Shown here piece by piece: positions 61,811-64,000 of a DNA stretch of 64,000 nt; position 1 is the stretch's first letter; every line of letters starts with the position of its first letter. A program made the position numbers and the translations under genes. The DNA is from Patescibacteria group bacterium. GTDB taxonomy: Bacteria; Patescibacteriota; Microgenomatia; Levybacterales; UBA12049. Location: contig JBGTMH010000059.1 of assembly GCA_041743715.1 (NCBI GenBank), forward strand, positions 1,608-65,607, written 5' to 3'. Under the pieces are notes generated by a model. It made no database searches, was not told the DNA's origin, and was given only the letters and a program-made list of their open reading frames with translations.

Positions 61811-63955
61811 TTACTTATTCTTCCATCCCTTCAAGGCTTTTTTGACTTCTTCATCTTTGGGATCGATCTTTTTTAGAACGAATTCGTAGATCTCGATTGC
61901 TTTTTGGTGTTTGTCGGGGTGGATGACTTTTTCGTCTTTGTCAACGGCTTGTTGATGATAAAAGAGTCCTAATGCGACATACGGGTCGCGATAGTCCGGT
62001 TTGAGTTTTATGGTTTCTTCAAGCATGGCTATGGCGCGATCCAGATCTCCAACTTGTCCATGCAAGATGCCTTGATTATAAGAAATTTTTGCGTCGTTAG
62101 GTGAAAGCTCTTTGGCGCGGTCTATGGCACGGAGGGCTTCTGTGAGGTATTGCTGCTGGTTGGTGGTACTGCTGGATGAAAGTGTATATAACAACCGAAC
62201 CCTATTTTTCCAATACACTACATTATTTGGGTGAGCTAAGACAACTTCGTCACTGAGGGAGACTGCATTCTGCGCGAATTGTGCTGCATTTTTGTCGTCT
62301 TTTTGCGCATAAAGACCAGCTGCGTGTGCACCCATATTAATTGCTAGCTCATCTTTAAACAATGCTTCATCGGGTTTGGCTTTATATGCCTGTAAAAGAT
62401 ACGGTTGCGCCTCATTAAATTGTCCTACTTTGTCGAGGTTGAATCCATATGCATAGGCAATATCTGCTTGGCGGTAGGTGATGAGGCTGAGGTGGAGCCA
62501 GAGAGATATGAGAATTAAAAGACCAATAAACGTCCATTGGTAAGGATTGACTTCTTTTGAACTTGCGTCAGAAAAAGAAAAAGTAAGTGTATGATTTTCT
62601 TTAAGGAGTCCAAAGAGAATGAAAACAAAAGCAGGAATCAGAAAGAGATAGATATTCGTGATGACGACCGAGAAGCCGAAAAAGTTGGTGATAAGAAGAG
62701 AGAGCCAACCGGCGAAGAGGGCAATAGCAAGAAGTGAGAGGTGAGAAGTAAGAGGTGAGAGTTGAGAATGGTTATGTTGTTTGATATAGAGATTTTTATG
62801 ATGCGTGGTTGGTGGACCTACGGGCTGTGCGTTCTTAAAGAGATATTTGAAAAAGAGAAATGTGAAAAAGGCGATGAAGGCGAGATATGTTCCTAGACCA
62901 AATATACCCGTTGTTGTCAGGTAATTCAGGTACTCATTGTGCGCTTTATTGTAGAGATAATCCCATTCGGAGGTGAGGTTGTGAGCTGGGGATTTGTGTT
63001 TGTAATACGCGAAAGCAAACGTTTCGACACCAGTACCGAAAATGGGATTTGCCTGCCATGCCGCGATCGCGCCGCTCCAAACATATTGTCTAATAACAGC
63101 GGAGTCAGTTATATTAATGCTACCGTGGAAAGCGTCGTAGACATCGCCACCTCCAGCTTGAGCTGATGCTGGTTGAGTTGAGGATGAGGTAGTTTTTGTG
63201 GGTTGGGCAGCGTTCATCCCAGGGAGTGTATATCTGTAGAATGAACCAATTGGTCCCCCTAAGATAAAAGTGCACAGGAGAAATGCAACGGTAAAGAATG
63301 CAAAGGGGCGGAGAAACTGATTGAGTGTGAATTCTTTTTTGAAGAAGACAACAGCCCAAAAGACTACGTATGCTACCCCGAAACCGATCAAACCTGCTCG
63401 TGTGTTGGCAAAGAGGAGATTGATATAGAAAGAAACAGAGAGGAATGCGAAAACCATCAATTTCCAATTGCTAACCGCTAATTTCATATGATTTTCTTTG
63501 AAATTATTCAATGCATATCCCATCGCGAGTGGGATGAGTAATGCTAAATATGCGGCGAACCACGCCGGCTGGCCGAGGGTTGAAAATGCTCTAACTGTAG
63601 GTTTGAATTGATCAGTCCAACATGCAGTATCGAACGTCCCCCTAAAGACAAAACATGTTGGGTCAGCGCCGAAGTGCGATGGAAAACCCCATAATACGGT
63701 TAGAAATCCAGCAGCAAGTGAGACGAGGAGCGTTTTGTAGACATGCTTCAGTTGGAGATTGGAAACAAAAGCGTAATATAAAAGAATATAGCTGATTGTC
63801 GAGAGCAAACCGCCGTTAAATCGTGAGTAAGATCCCCACCACGAGACTTGCTGATCAAGACTGAAAAGGGTTGAGATAATTTGCGAAGCGAGAAAAAGCA
63901 TAAGCAGTATATCAAGCGGAGTCCGTTGAATAAGAATTTTACGCTCAAGAATCAT
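61811..63955 (-). CDS. O-antigen ligase-like (Wzy_C) polytopic membrane protein with C-terminal TPR repeats
   Basis: AHNEYLNYLTTTGIFGLGTYLAF (Wzy_C core), at least 10 TM helices, and a C-terminal ~230 aa of TPR-like repeats. Confidence 0.8.
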   Translation of the reverse strand: MILERKILIQRTPLDILLMLFLASQIISTLFSLDQQVSWWGSYSRFNGGLLSTISYILLYYAFVSNLQLKHVYKTLLVSLAAGFLTVLWGFPSHFGADPTCFVFRGTFDTACWTDQFKPTVRAFSTLGQPAWFAAYLALLIPLAMGYALNNFKENHMKLAVSNWKLMVFAFLSVSFYINLLFANTRAGLIGFGVAYVVFWAVVFFKKEFTLNQFLRPFAFFTVAFLLCTFILGGPIGSFYRYTLPGMNAAQPTKTTSSSTQPASAQAGGGDVYDAFHGSINITDSAVIRQYVWSGAIAAWQANPIFGTGVETFAFAYYKHKSPAHNLTSEWDYLYNKAHNEYLNYLTTTGIFGLGTYLAFIAFFTFLFFKYLFKNAQPVGPPTTHHKNLYIKQHNHSQLSPLTSHLSLLAIALFAGWLSLLITNFFGFSVVITNIYLFLIPAFVFILFGLLKENHTLTFSFSDASSKEVNPYQWTFIGLLILISLWLHLSLITYRQADIAYAYGFNLDKVGQFNEAQPYLLQAYKAKPDEALFKDELAINMGAHAAGLYAQKDDKNAAQFAQNAVSLSDEVVLAHPNNVVYWKNRVRLLYTLSSSSTTNQQQYLTEALRAIDRAKELSPNDAKISYNQGILHGQVGDLDRAIAMLEETIKLKPDYRDPYVALGLFYHQQAVDKDEKVIHPDKHQKAIEIYEFVLKKIDPKDEEVKKALKGWKNK

Positions 63956-64000
63956 CTTTGATCCCCACGCTGTTGCAATAATAATTGTTAAACCAAAAGT

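Overview
Low-GC bacterial chromosome segment. No rRNA genes and no CRISPR array are present. The gene content looks like a Patescibacteria/CPR-type genome: tandem secreted S8 proteases, an O-antigen-ligase+TPR protein, DUF5659 proteins, PBP1A, def-fmt, and very little metabolism. This placement is inference from content only. I can support about 85 CDS/pseudogenes, 4 tRNAs (Trp, Thr x2, Tyr), rpmG and rpmB.

Layout:
- 0-21 kb: envelope, lipid and protease genes. These include a methyltransferase + FAD-oxidoreductase pair resembling the 10-methyl fatty-acid pathway, plus a MarR/MFS pair.
- 22-27 kb: a synthase-type exopolysaccharide operon (processive GT2, GT-C-like membrane protein, GH5).
- 32.3-34.3 kb: the most unusual locus. 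A strongly translated peptide with a double-glycine-type leader and a Cys/Tyr/Gln-rich core is followed by an attenuator hairpin and an M50-like HExxH membrane protease. No canonical RiPP enzyme or C39 transporter is present.
- 34.4-55 kb: accessory genes separated by a conserved ~35-bp intergenic repeat, always in the same orientation.
- 45.4-53.2 kb: a visibly AT-richer integrative element. It ends in a large serine recombinase whose 3' end overlaps tRNA-Trp. It carries a class III cyclase plus two multi-TM proteins (Pycsar-like defence), one truncated by an 11-bp tandem repeat.
- 60.1-61.5 kb: a minimal graspetide-like cassette (peptide + MvdD-type ATP-grasp) followed by a cytochrome P450 relic.

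Genome-style observations:
- At least 22 genes have a TGnTATAAT box 6-8 nt from the start codon, which suggests leaderless mRNAs.
- Strong Shine-Dalgarno sites are reserved for the two peptide precursors.
- A GC-rich palindrome is inserted in frame in fmt.
- An RDD-signal peptidase I fusion carries an in-frame TGA and a Ser->Ala change at the nucleophile position.

All family assignments come from motif reading by eye, not from database searches.
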